Both the position numbers and the translations under genes were made by a program. This document shows, piece after piece, positions 56,059 to 64,000 of a DNA stretch of 64,000 nucleotides (position 1 is the first letter of the stretch; each line of letters starts with the position of its first letter). The notes under the pieces were generated by a model that did no database searches, had not been told where the DNA came from, and worked only from the letters and a program-made list of their open reading frames with translations. The DNA comes from Armatimonadota bacterium (GTDB lineage: Bacteria > Armatimonadota > Fimbriimonadia > Fimbriimonadales > Fimbriimonadaceae). The stretch is taken from NCBI GenBank assembly GCA_031400935.1, contig JANNQV010000028.1, forward strand, positions 1 through 64,000. Direction: 5' to 3'.

Positions 56059-57687
56059 ATGACGTGTTCGGCATGGATCGCAAAGGTAGCTTTGGCGGCA
56101 ATAGCCACTTCAATTGCAATGGCAGCGTCTCATCACGAAGCGACCTACGACATCGTAATCCGTAACGGGAAAATCATTGATGGAACGGGAAACCCGGCTT
56201 ATTCCGGTTCGATTGGGATCAAAAACGGCAAGATCGCATTTATTGGCGCAATTGACGATACATTCGAAAAGGAAATTGACGCGAAAGGCCAAGTTGTTTG
56301 CCCTGGGTTCATTGACGTGCACACTCATGCCGAAAACGTTCTTGAACTCCCAAATGCCGAGAATTTCACTCGAATGGGAGTGACGACAATTGTCGTCGGA
56401 AACTGCGGCGGATCAGAAGAGAGCCTCTCGAAATTCTTTTCTGACATCGAAAAGAAAACCGTTTCCGTGAATGTCGCGAGCTTGTACGGGCACAACACGA
56501 TTCGCAGAAAGGTCATGGGAGGCAATTTCAGTCGCCCACCAACTGACATCGAATTGACGGAGATGAAGACATTTGTTGATCAAGCCATGCGGGATGGTGC
56601 CGTTGGACTTTCGACAGGCCTCATCTACTTGCCCGGCACTTATTCAAAAACAGACGAAATTGTCGAACTTGCCAAGATTTCTGCGACTTACGGCGGGCTA
56701 TATGCAAGCCATATGCGAAATGAGAGCATTCGAGTTTTTGAAGCCATTGACGAATTTTTGACAGTAGCGAAAGAAGCAAAGATTCGGGCTGAACTGAGCC
56801 ATATAAAGGTTGGCGGGGAGTCTATGTGGGGGAAATCTCCGGAGATTCTTGCGAAACTCGAAAAAGCTCGTGAAAACGGATTTGAAATCACTCAAGATCA
56901 ATATGCCTACACAGCTTCTAGCACTTCCCTATCCGTACTGATTCCCGACGCTTACCTTGAGGGTGGAAGCGACGAATACAGAAAGAGGATGCTGGATGCA
57001 GGCACGAGGATGCGGGCTGCAGAAGAGATGAAAGCAATTCTCTTGAAGCGAAACACCAAGGATTACACCTACGCCGTGATTGCAAACTGCAATTCAAACA
57101 AAGCGCTCAACGGCAAAAATCTAGTAGAGGCGACAAAGATTCTTACAGGCAAAGACGGCCTCGACGACCAGATCGAAACGATCTTCAATCTTCAATCCGC
57201 TGGCGGTGCATCGTGCATTTTTCACGGAATGTCAGAAGGCGATGTAGCCAATTTTATGAGCCATCCCTACACGATGATTGCCAGCGATGCCTCGTGTCGA
57301 GATAAGAATGAAAGCATCCCGCACCCTAGAGGCTACGGCAACAATGCACGAGTATTGGGACGATATGTTCGTGATCTAAAGGTTTTGAAAATCGAAGACG
57401 CCATTCGCAAAATGACTTCGCTTCCCGCCCAAACATTTCGACTCAAAAATCGTGGAACTTTGGCAGAAGGCAAACAAGCGGACATCGTAATTTTTGATCC
57501 AAAGACAGTCGGCGACCCTGCGACCTACACAGATCCGCACCATTTTGCGGAAGGGTTCTCATACGTTATGATAAACGGAAAGCTTGTGATCGAAGATGGA
57601 GAGTTGACCGGAATAAGGCCAGGGCAAGTTGTACGAGGGCCGGGATTTAGGAAGAAGAGCCGCGACAATCCAAGCATTTTCAAGTAG
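56059..57687 (+). CDS. N-acyl-D-amino-acid deacylase (D-aminoacylase)
   Basis: PGFIDVHTH, VGNCG, LSTGLIYLPG, SHMRNE and HPRGYG motifs, with a signal peptide. Confidence 0.94.
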   Translation: MTCSAWIAKVALAAIATSIAMAASHHEATYDIVIRNGKIIDGTGNPAYSGSIGIKNGKIAFIGAIDDTFEKEIDAKGQVVCPGFIDVHTHAENVLELPNAENFTRMGVTTIVVGNCGGSEESLSKFFSDIEKKTVSVNVASLYGHNTIRRKVMGGNFSRPPTDIELTEMKTFVDQAMRDGAVGLSTGLIYLPGTYSKTDEIVELAKISATYGGLYASHMRNESIRVFEAIDEFLTVAKEAKIRAELSHIKVGGESMWGKSPEILAKLEKARENGFEITQDQYAYTASSTSLSVLIPDAYLEGGSDEYRKRMLDAGTRMRAAEEMKAILLKRNTKDYTYAVIANCNSNKALNGKNLVEATKILTGKDGLDDQIETIFNLQSAGGASCIFHGMSEGDVANFMSHPYTMIASDASCRDKNESIPHPRGYGNNARVLGRYVRDLKVLKIEDAIRKMTSLPAQTFRLKNRGTLAEGKQADIVIFDPKTVGDPATYTDPHHFAEGFSYVMINGKLVIEDGELTGIRPGQVVRGPGFRKKSRDNPSIFK

Positions 57688-57820
57688 GACAGTTTGGACA
57701 AGTAGGTCTTGTTAGACGAACCAGTCCTAAAAGTCCAACCTGTCCAAAATGTCCTACTTTCCGATTTGTCCAATGAGTCCCATCTTCGCATTTCAGGCGT
57801 CTAGTAAAATAGGAACAACT

Positions 57821-59101
57821 ATGCAAAACAAATTCTTTTGGCTTATTGGAGCTACCGCCGCTCTTGCAGGATGCGGAGGGAGCAATGAAAACAGCAATTA
57901 CCTTCCCATGACGCGGAAAAATGTGACACCCGAAGCCGTTGATCGAGCCACTAAAAGCCTGACTCTTGGCAAAGGTGCAAAAGTCATTCAGGGAGCGACG
58001 GACTTTGGATTCCGCATGTTTCGGCAAATTGCTGGCGAAAAGCCAACATCCAATAGCTTTATTTCCCCGCTCAGCATTTCCATGGCGCTGGGCATGACCT
58101 ACAACGGAGCAGGCGGAGGCACTAAGGAAGCGTTTGACAAGGTACTTGGGCTAGAAAACCTGCTCACTACGGAAATCAATCCTGCGTTTCGGGATCTTCA
58201 AACCACGCTAGTCGGTGCCGACAAAAAGGTAACCGTCAACATCGCAAATTCGATTTGGACGGATCGAAAGTTCGAACCAAAACGCGAATTCCTTTCTGCC
58301 AACACAGACTATTTCGCGGCAAAGGTCCAGTCCATTGACATTCAATCGCCAGACGCGGTCAAAGCCATCAACGATTGGGTGAAGCAAGAAACAGAAGAGA
58401 AAATTCCGAAGCTCTTTGATGAACTAAGCAAAGACACAGTTTGCGTGCTGGTCAACGCGATCTACTTCAACGGGCTTTGGACAACACCTTTCAAAAAGGC
58501 CGATTCGAAAGAGCTGCCGTTCACAGGATTTGATGGTAAAGAAGACAAAACCATGATGATGAACAGATCAGCCCATGATTTTGACTATCAAAAAGCAGAG
58601 AAATTTACAGCAGTTCGTCTTCCTTATGGCGATGCCCGGCTCTCAATGGTCGTATTGCTGCCGAACCAAAATGTCGGCGTTGGACCGATTATCAAGGAAC
58701 TAAACGCAAAGAATTGGACGAACTGGATGGCAAAGTTCAAGCCGATGGAGGGCTCGGTTACGATTCCAAAGTGGAAAGTTGAAGGCACTTTTGAACTAAA
58801 ACAACCACTCAGCGACTTAGGGCTAGGCGTCGCTTTTGAGGAAGGCAAAGCAGACTTCACCAAAATGGCAAATGTCAAAGTAGGAGAACTTTTCATTTCG
58901 AGAGTGGTTCACAAGACGATGGTTGACGTTTCCGAAGAAGGAACCGAAGCTGCAGCGGCAACAGGTGTTGAAATGGCAGCTACCGCAGCACCGGCACCAA
59001 CTGAAAGGTTTGAATTTGTTGCAAATCGGCCATTTCTTTATGCGATCGTTGATAAGCAAACAAATTTGACGCTGTTCTTCGGGGTTTTTGGAAAGCCTTG
59101 A
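57821..59101 (+). CDS. Serpin family lipoprotein
   Basis: LAG|C lipobox, ISPLSI, NAIYFNGLW, EEGTEAAAAT hinge and ANRPFLY. Confidence 0.96.
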   Translation: MQNKFFWLIGATAALAGCGGSNENSNYLPMTRKNVTPEAVDRATKSLTLGKGAKVIQGATDFGFRMFRQIAGEKPTSNSFISPLSISMALGMTYNGAGGGTKEAFDKVLGLENLLTTEINPAFRDLQTTLVGADKKVTVNIANSIWTDRKFEPKREFLSANTDYFAAKVQSIDIQSPDAVKAINDWVKQETEEKIPKLFDELSKDTVCVLVNAIYFNGLWTTPFKKADSKELPFTGFDGKEDKTMMMNRSAHDFDYQKAEKFTAVRLPYGDARLSMVVLLPNQNVGVGPIIKELNAKNWTNWMAKFKPMEGSVTIPKWKVEGTFELKQPLSDLGLGVAFEEGKADFTKMANVKVGELFISRVVHKTMVDVSEEGTEAAAATGVEMAATAAPAPTERFEFVANRPFLYAIVDKQTNLTLFFGVFGKP

Positions 59102-59113
59102 TTTCAGAGTATA

Positions 59114-59225
59114 TTTGGGAGTGCGCGGTCTTGACCGCGCTTTAGATTGGAATCTAGGCGAGACTCTACGATCAGAGCCCTTTTAAAAGCTGGAAAAAGC
59201 GCGGTCAAGACCGCGCACTCCCAAA
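59114..59225. repeat. TTTGGGAGTGCGCG inverted-repeat element, copy 2
   Basis: Perfect arms tttgggagtgcgcggtcttgaccgcgcttt / aaagcgcggtcaagaccgcgcactcccaaa. Confidence 0.88.
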
Positions 59226-59228
59226 ACC

Positions 59229-59978
59229 ATGTGCGCCAGATTCACCTTAAAATCTTCTAGCGACGTAGTCGGCGGCCTTTTCGGCCTGGACGACATTCCA
59301 GAACTTCTTCCGCGATACAACGTCGCTCCGACTCAAGATATTTTGGGAGTCATTTCGGTGGAAGGAAAGCGTACAAGTGCAATTTTCAGATGGGGACTCA
59401 TTCCAAGCTGGGCAAAGGATTCCTCCCTCGGACAACGAATGCTCAATGCTCGAAGCGAAACGGCTTCAGAGAAACCATCTTTCCGGAATGCTCTGCGAAA
59501 GCGCCGCTGCCTCATTGTTTGCGACGGGTTTTATGAATGGACTGATCCCGACGAAGACACCGCCGCTTATATGTCCGGCGGATCGCTGTTTGGCGGAGAA
59601 CTGCTCAGCAAGAAAGAGGATGGGAAACTTCCTCGGCAACCGTGGTGGATTGGTCGAAAAGACCGAATGCCGTTCGCATTTGCAGGGCTTTGGGAACTCA
59701 ATCAGCTAACTGAACTTGGAGCAGTCGAAACATGCTGTATCCTCACAACGACTCCAAATGAACTGCTCGAACCGATGCACGACCGAATGCCGGTGATTTT
59801 GCATCCGAAAGATTGGGATTTGTGGCTCGATCCAGATTTCAGCTTGGTGCCAGCGCTTGAAGCCCTCATGGTCCCCTGCCCTTCCGATGAAATGGAGACT
59901 TTTAAAGTGGCGCCAAAAGTGAATTCACCACGAGCCTTCGGTCCGGAACTGATTGATCCTCTACCTTTGGCGGGGTAG
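59229..59978 (+). CDS. SOS response-associated peptidase (SRAP, YedK/HMCES family)
   Basis: MCARF N-terminus, RYNVAPTQ, WGLIP, NARSE, GFYEW and HDRMP motifs. Confidence 0.96.
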   Translation: MCARFTLKSSSDVVGGLFGLDDIPELLPRYNVAPTQDILGVISVEGKRTSAIFRWGLIPSWAKDSSLGQRMLNARSETASEKPSFRNALRKRRCLIVCDGFYEWTDPDEDTAAYMSGGSLFGGELLSKKEDGKLPRQPWWIGRKDRMPFAFAGLWELNQLTELGAVETCCILTTTPNELLEPMHDRMPVILHPKDWDLWLDPDFSLVPALEALMVPCPSDEMETFKVAPKVNSPRAFGPELIDPLPLAG

Positions 59979-60023
59979 CCTATGAATCAGAAATAGACGC
60001 TAGATCGTCTGCTGGGTAAGAAA

Positions 60024-60821
60024 ATGCCAAAATACGACGTTATTGTGCCCGCAGGAGGCTACTTAAAGACGCACATGGCCGACGTTGTCGGAACGAAGGC
60101 TAAGCCGCTCATTCGCTTCGAAGGGCAAACCATTTTGTATCGCGTTCTTACTGCACTTCGAGCCTCAGAATGTGTTGGAAGAATTGCTGTCGTTGGTTCA
60201 AAAGAAGTCGTTGCGCACGAAGACGCAAAACTCGCCGACTTTGTATTGCTGGAAAGAGAAACGGGACCGCAAAATATCATAGCGGGACTTGACGCCTTAA
60301 GCGATGCGGGAACAACTGAACGGGTCATGATTTGCACGTCTGACCTGTGTTTCATCACGCCTGAATCCATTTGCGAGTTTGCTGATAAATTCGGAGATCG
60401 AGATTTTTATGCGCCGCTTATCGAGGAAGATGCGTGGGAGGAGGCATTCCCAACGTGTGCCGCCACTTTTGTCAAGCTGCTCGATGGGAAATTCACTCTT
60501 GGATGCCTATACGGCATCAGGACAGAAGCTTTGAAACGGGCACTCGCACACATTGAAAAGGTTTTCTCCCGACGCAAAAGCAAGCTTGGAATGGCGAGGC
60601 TACTTGGATTCCAGTTTGTGTACGCCTACTTAGTTAAGAAACTTACAGTCAAGGATGTCGTCAACAAGGTCGGCGAGGTGTTGGGTAGCACTATAGAACC
60701 CATTTGGCAATCGCCACCAGAATTGGCATTTGACATTGATGCACTTGAAGACTATCATTACGCATTGCAAAACTATCGAAATTGCACACAAGGGAAATGG
60801 ACGCCGCCAAGGGCGGAGTAG
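60024..60821 (+). CDS. NTP-transferase (MobA-like) family protein
   Basis: VPAGG, KPLI, TSDL and LAFDID motifs. Confidence 0.85.
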   Translation: MPKYDVIVPAGGYLKTHMADVVGTKAKPLIRFEGQTILYRVLTALRASECVGRIAVVGSKEVVAHEDAKLADFVLLERETGPQNIIAGLDALSDAGTTERVMICTSDLCFITPESICEFADKFGDRDFYAPLIEEDAWEEAFPTCAATFVKLLDGKFTLGCLYGIRTEALKRALAHIEKVFSRRKSKLGMARLLGFQFVYAYLVKKLTVKDVVNKVGEVLGSTIEPIWQSPPELAFDIDALEDYHYALQNYRNCTQGKWTPPRAE

Positions 60822-60843
60822 CCAGTAATTCGGATATTTGATT

Positions 60844-60912
60844 TCCCCTTCCTCCCTTTTCCAAACTTTCAATTTTCATCGAAAAGGGAGGAAGGGGTTA
60901 GGGGATGGAGGG
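60844..60912. repeat. CCCCTC-type REP-like hairpin between convergent genes
   Basis: ccccttcctcccttttc...gaaaagggaggaagggg followed by ttaggggatggaggg. Confidence 0.7.
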
Positions 60913-61000
60913 TTTTTCGGACGTATACAAACTGTATAGTACTAATCATTTGACACTCCCTACTTTTCAAGTTCCATCTTCGAACAGTGTAAGGTCGTCT

Positions 61001-61921
61001 TCACGACTTCCCCATCTCTTTGTAATACGCTTTTTGGGATTCAGGAATCCAAATTCCAGGAGCAGGATTTGCCATCCGCATTAATACAGGATCATTTGCG
61101 AAGAGCTCTAGCCCTCGTATCGCAGAGTCAATGGATTCCTGAAACTCCCCAATTTCCCGTAGAGAAAGCGCAAGCCAGCGGAATGCATCAAGCGCGGATT
61201 CTCCATCTTCAGAATTCGGATCAAAATCTGCAACTTGAGCCAAATTGCTGGCTTCGCGGAGTATCGGAATCCCCCCTTTGAAATCTCTTTGCCTCGTAAT
61301 TTTCAGGCGTGCGATTTCAACTCGAAGCGCGATTGATTGCGTGTTCTCATTTAGGCCTTCATTCAAATATTCAATTGCTGTTGCCACCGCCGAATCTTTA
61401 CGTTCGTTTGCCAATACGGTTGCCCCAATCGTCCAGCCTGGCAAAAATTGAGGATCAAGCCATGTCATTAGGCGGTAGAGCGGAAGAGCGCTCTTTGGGT
61501 CTATGTGCGTGTGTCCATGCATGTCGGAAAACGATTGCGTTGCTCGCTCGATGTCTCCGAAAAATCCCCTTGGATCGCTATTTTTGGCTGGAATTGCAGT
61601 CACATGGCGAACTTCGTCGCCGATTGCATCATGCCAACCGTCTGCATCATGGATTTGCTCTTCACCAGCAGCAATTTCTGCATCGGTTTGGGCTCTCAAT
61701 TCGACGCCGTTATGCAAGTAAAGGTCTGTTTTTAGCCAAAGCCAACTTGATGTGCTAGTGCGAAACTGTCCGAGTAAAGAAGCTCCCGCGTGAGTTTCAT
61801 GCGCCTCAAGACCTGCTGGCTTGCCTGGCGGATTTACGATTTTTGAAATGTTTTTGGTCAGCTGCCCTGAACTTACCAAGAGTACGATTGAACCAATCGC
61901 CCAGAATCCCGAGTTCGTCAT
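61001..61921 (-). CDS. Hypothetical membrane-anchored TPR-like protein, His-rich
   Basis: Coupled to the ABC permease. Contains DLYLHNG, HGHTH and helical repeats. Confidence 0.75.
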   Translation of the reverse strand: MTNSGFWAIGSIVLLVSSGQLTKNISKIVNPPGKPAGLEAHETHAGASLLGQFRTSTSSWLWLKTDLYLHNGVELRAQTDAEIAAGEEQIHDADGWHDAIGDEVRHVTAIPAKNSDPRGFFGDIERATQSFSDMHGHTHIDPKSALPLYRLMTWLDPQFLPGWTIGATVLANERKDSAVATAIEYLNEGLNENTQSIALRVEIARLKITRQRDFKGGIPILREASNLAQVADFDPNSEDGESALDAFRWLALSLREIGEFQESIDSAIRGLELFANDPVLMRMANPAPGIWIPESQKAYYKEMGKS

Positions 61922-62697
61922 TATATTGCTCGTCTCCGGAATTTCGCCCAACTAAATGTGAGCATCGCAGTTGAATAGATCGCCATGTAACCTGCTAGAG
62001 CGAGAACCACCCATGCCGGTACGAGAGTCCAGTTCTGGTTAGTTGCTCGCGATCCTAAATCAAACAGTCCAACTTGTGGCAGGAGGTTTGAAACACTTGT
62101 GTAGAGCCATGCCAAATCGGGACTGCCAAGAGCCGCCATTGTAAGCCCTCGAAGCATCATTGACGAACCAAAGAGGAGTACAAGGCTCAGGGTTGTTGCC
62201 GCTGCGGGCGTGAGATATGCGCTTAAAGCGAGTGAAAATGCACAAACTAGAACGAGTCCCATCATTTTGCAAATAGCGTATTGAATGAGAATCAATTCGA
62301 ACGTCACGCCAAAGGTGAACAGGGCAATCGCAACCATCGCAGCCAACAATGAGAATGAAATCCAGCTAACAGCAACCGCCCCAAGAAACTTGCCAAATAG
62401 AAAATCAAAGCGGCTAACCGGACGTGCGAGCAACGGATACAGCGTTCGATTCTTGATCTCATCTGGCAGCATTCGGCTAGAAGCGAGCACTGCCAGAACC
62501 GTCGAAAAGATACTCAGAACAGTAAGTCCTAGGTCTTTCGCAAAGAGTTCCAAGCCCGAAAACCCAAAGAAACCGAGTGCTCCTGCCGACAGAATTGTCA
62601 GCAAACCTAGAATTGCGACGACCCAAATGTCCTTTCGTCGAACCGATTCGAGAACAACTCCACGTGCCAATGCCTTCCAAATCAACAATTTCTTCAC
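61921..62697 (-). CDS. ABC-2 type transporter permease
   Basis: ESVRRK and EIKNRTLYPLLARPVSR..FLFGKFLG motifs. Confidence 0.9.
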   Translation of the reverse strand: MKKLLIWKALARGVVLESVRRKDIWVVAILGLLTILSAGALGFFGFSGLELFAKDLGLTVLSIFSTVLAVLASSRMLPDEIKNRTLYPLLARPVSRFDFLFGKFLGAVAVSWISFSLLAAMVAIALFTFGVTFELILIQYAICKMMGLVLVCAFSLALSAYLTPAAATTLSLVLLFGSSMMLRGLTMAALGSPDLAWLYTSVSNLLPQVGLFDLGSRATNQNWTLVPAWVVLALAGYMAIYSTAMLTFSWAKFRRRAI

Positions 62698-63605
62698 GCT
62701 GCCACTCCTAACGTTTCTAAGAAATAATCTTCGAGCGAGCCTTGTTCAGCTACAATGTCTGTCACTTTGCCACCGGAAATTTTCACTCGATCTATTGCCT
62801 CAATCAATGCATCCTTTGTGGCAAAACTTGCTCGCATATTGCCAGATTCGTCTTCTTCAAATTCCATGGAGAGGTCGAAAAGGCTCGTTTCACCATTGTA
62901 TGTTAGTAAGTATTTCGAAAGGGATGCTTCAACCTCTTTGAGGTTTCGCTCTGCAATCAATTTCCCTTTGTCAATGATCAATATTCGATCGCAGATCCGA
63001 CTGACTTCGCTGAGTTCGTGACTTGAGAAAAAGAGCGTGGTTCCCTGTTTGTTTTTTTCCTGAAGCAATGCCCTCAGTTCGCGTCTTCCAATTGGGTCTA
63101 GGCCGCTCGTGACTTCATCGAGAATCAGCAATTCTGGGTTTCCGAGCAAAGACTGAGCAATACCGACGCGTTGGAGCATTCCCTTTGAAAGTGTTCGGTT
63201 CTGTTTTTTCTGACTTCCTTTCAAGCCAACTCGCTCTAAAAGTTCGAAAGTTTCATTTCGAAGCGCCTTCCCTTTCAAGCCTTGCAGTTCTCCGTATAAA
63301 GTGAGTGTTTCGAAAGGGGTGAGGAACGGATAGTACATCGCCACCTCTGGCAAATAGCCGGTTCGGCTCCTGGATTCAATTGAACCAGATTCTGATTCCA
63401 AAACCTTCGCTGAACCTGAATACGGTTCAATAAAGCCCATCAGTACTTTCAGAGTCGAGCTTTTTCCAGCTCCGTTTGGTCCTAAAAATCCGACAATTTC
63501 GCCCTTTTCTACTCCAAATGAGAGCCCTGAGACAGCTTCCACAGGCTTCCCTGATTTCGAGCGATAGCGTACATGGAGCCCTTGACAATTAATTGCAAAA
63601 CTCAT
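62694..63605 (-). CDS. ABC transporter ATP-binding protein
   Basis: GPNGAGKS, LSKGMLQR, ILDE and SSH motifs. Start set at ATG 63605. Confidence 0.95.
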   Translation of the reverse strand: MSFAINCQGLHVRYRSKSGKPVEAVSGLSFGVEKGEIVGFLGPNGAGKSSTLKVLMGFIEPYSGSAKVLESESGSIESRSRTGYLPEVAMYYPFLTPFETLTLYGELQGLKGKALRNETFELLERVGLKGSQKKQNRTLSKGMLQRVGIAQSLLGNPELLILDEVTSGLDPIGRRELRALLQEKNKQGTTLFFSSHELSEVSRICDRILIIDKGKLIAERNLKEVEASLSKYLLTYNGETSLFDLSMEFEEDESGNMRASFATKDALIEAIDRVKISGGKVTDIVAEQGSLEDYFLETLGVAA

Positions 63606-63657
63606 TCTAATCTGATAATCGGAAAGTTGAGAAGGAACTTTAGGTTTTTTGGGAACC

Positions 63658-63820
63658 ATTTGGGAGTCCGCGGGCTTGACCGCGCTTTTGCGAACTTGTT
63701 CGGGTTAGCTCGGTTTGGTTCGGGGGTTCGGATTCGTCTGTGACGAAACCGAACAAATCCGAACTAATCCGTACCAATCCGAACGAAGTATGGCGTGGTC
63801 AAGCCCGCGCATTCCCAAAT
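63658..63820. repeat. TTTGGGAGT inverted-repeat element, copy 3
   Basis: atttgggagtccgcgggcttgaccgcgc / gcgtggtcaagcccgcgcattcccaaat. Confidence 0.8.
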
Positions 63821-64000
63821 AGTGCCGCAGCCAAAATTCGATGAAAATGATGCGTCCCAATCTCGCGTTTGGGCGAGTATCGGCCCCGATCATAAAACCT
63901 CGAATTCATCCCCTTTTGCACCATTTCGACTACGGCTTCGTCTTCTCTTTCCACTCGATCAAGCGCCCCACCAGCTCCTTCCCACATTTCACTTTCTTTC
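63799..64000 (-). CDS. 3' end of a Rieske aromatic-ring-hydroxylating/choline monooxygenase-like gene (runs off the window)
   Basis: VEREDEAVVEMVQKGMNSRFYDRGRYSPKREIGTHHFH. Confidence 0.8.
   Translation of the reverse strand, partial: KESEMWEGAGGALDRVEREDEAVVEMVQKGMNSRFYDRGRYSPKREIGTHHFHRILAAALFGNARA

Noticed and set aside
1..64000. Diversity-generating retroelement, retron or defence island
   Set aside because: No reverse transcriptase, template/variable repeat pair or recognisable defence genes were seen.

Overview
Chromosomal window of a bacterium that is probably in Armatimonadota (Fimbriimonadaceae-like). That assignment is an inference from the combination of PEP-CTERM, prepilin H-X9-DG proteins, flagellin, an MqnP-like prenyltransferase and the intergenic repeat style. 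Most of it is ordinary housekeeping and metabolic genes (icd, rfbD, fliC, parB, murB, tsaB, queA, moeB, nuoB/nuoI, HMG-CoA lyase, E2, SRAP, ABC systems). No rRNA, tRNA, CRISPR or intact transposase/integrase was seen. The most notable locus is 3293-4974, a three-gene operon that the ORF track fragments. It comprises (i) a secreted Cys-rich leader ending in an RGPP ribosome-arrest motif, whose preceding codons form an anti-Shine-Dalgarno for the next gene, (ii) a triple YHS/TRASH Cys-rich protein and (iii) a translationally coupled secreted beta-rich protein whose ORF runs through an in-frame UGA in a CxxU motif followed by a SECIS-like hairpin, i.e. a candidate selenoprotein. Other highlights are a TPP riboswitch in front of a pilin-like gene, a presenilin/SPP-like intramembrane protease, an amber-interrupted lipoprotein, a DUF1801 remnant absorbed by an S9 peptidase, probable pervasive leaderless transcription, and nested inverted-repeat elements. 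All family calls come from motif recognition by eye; no database searches were run.
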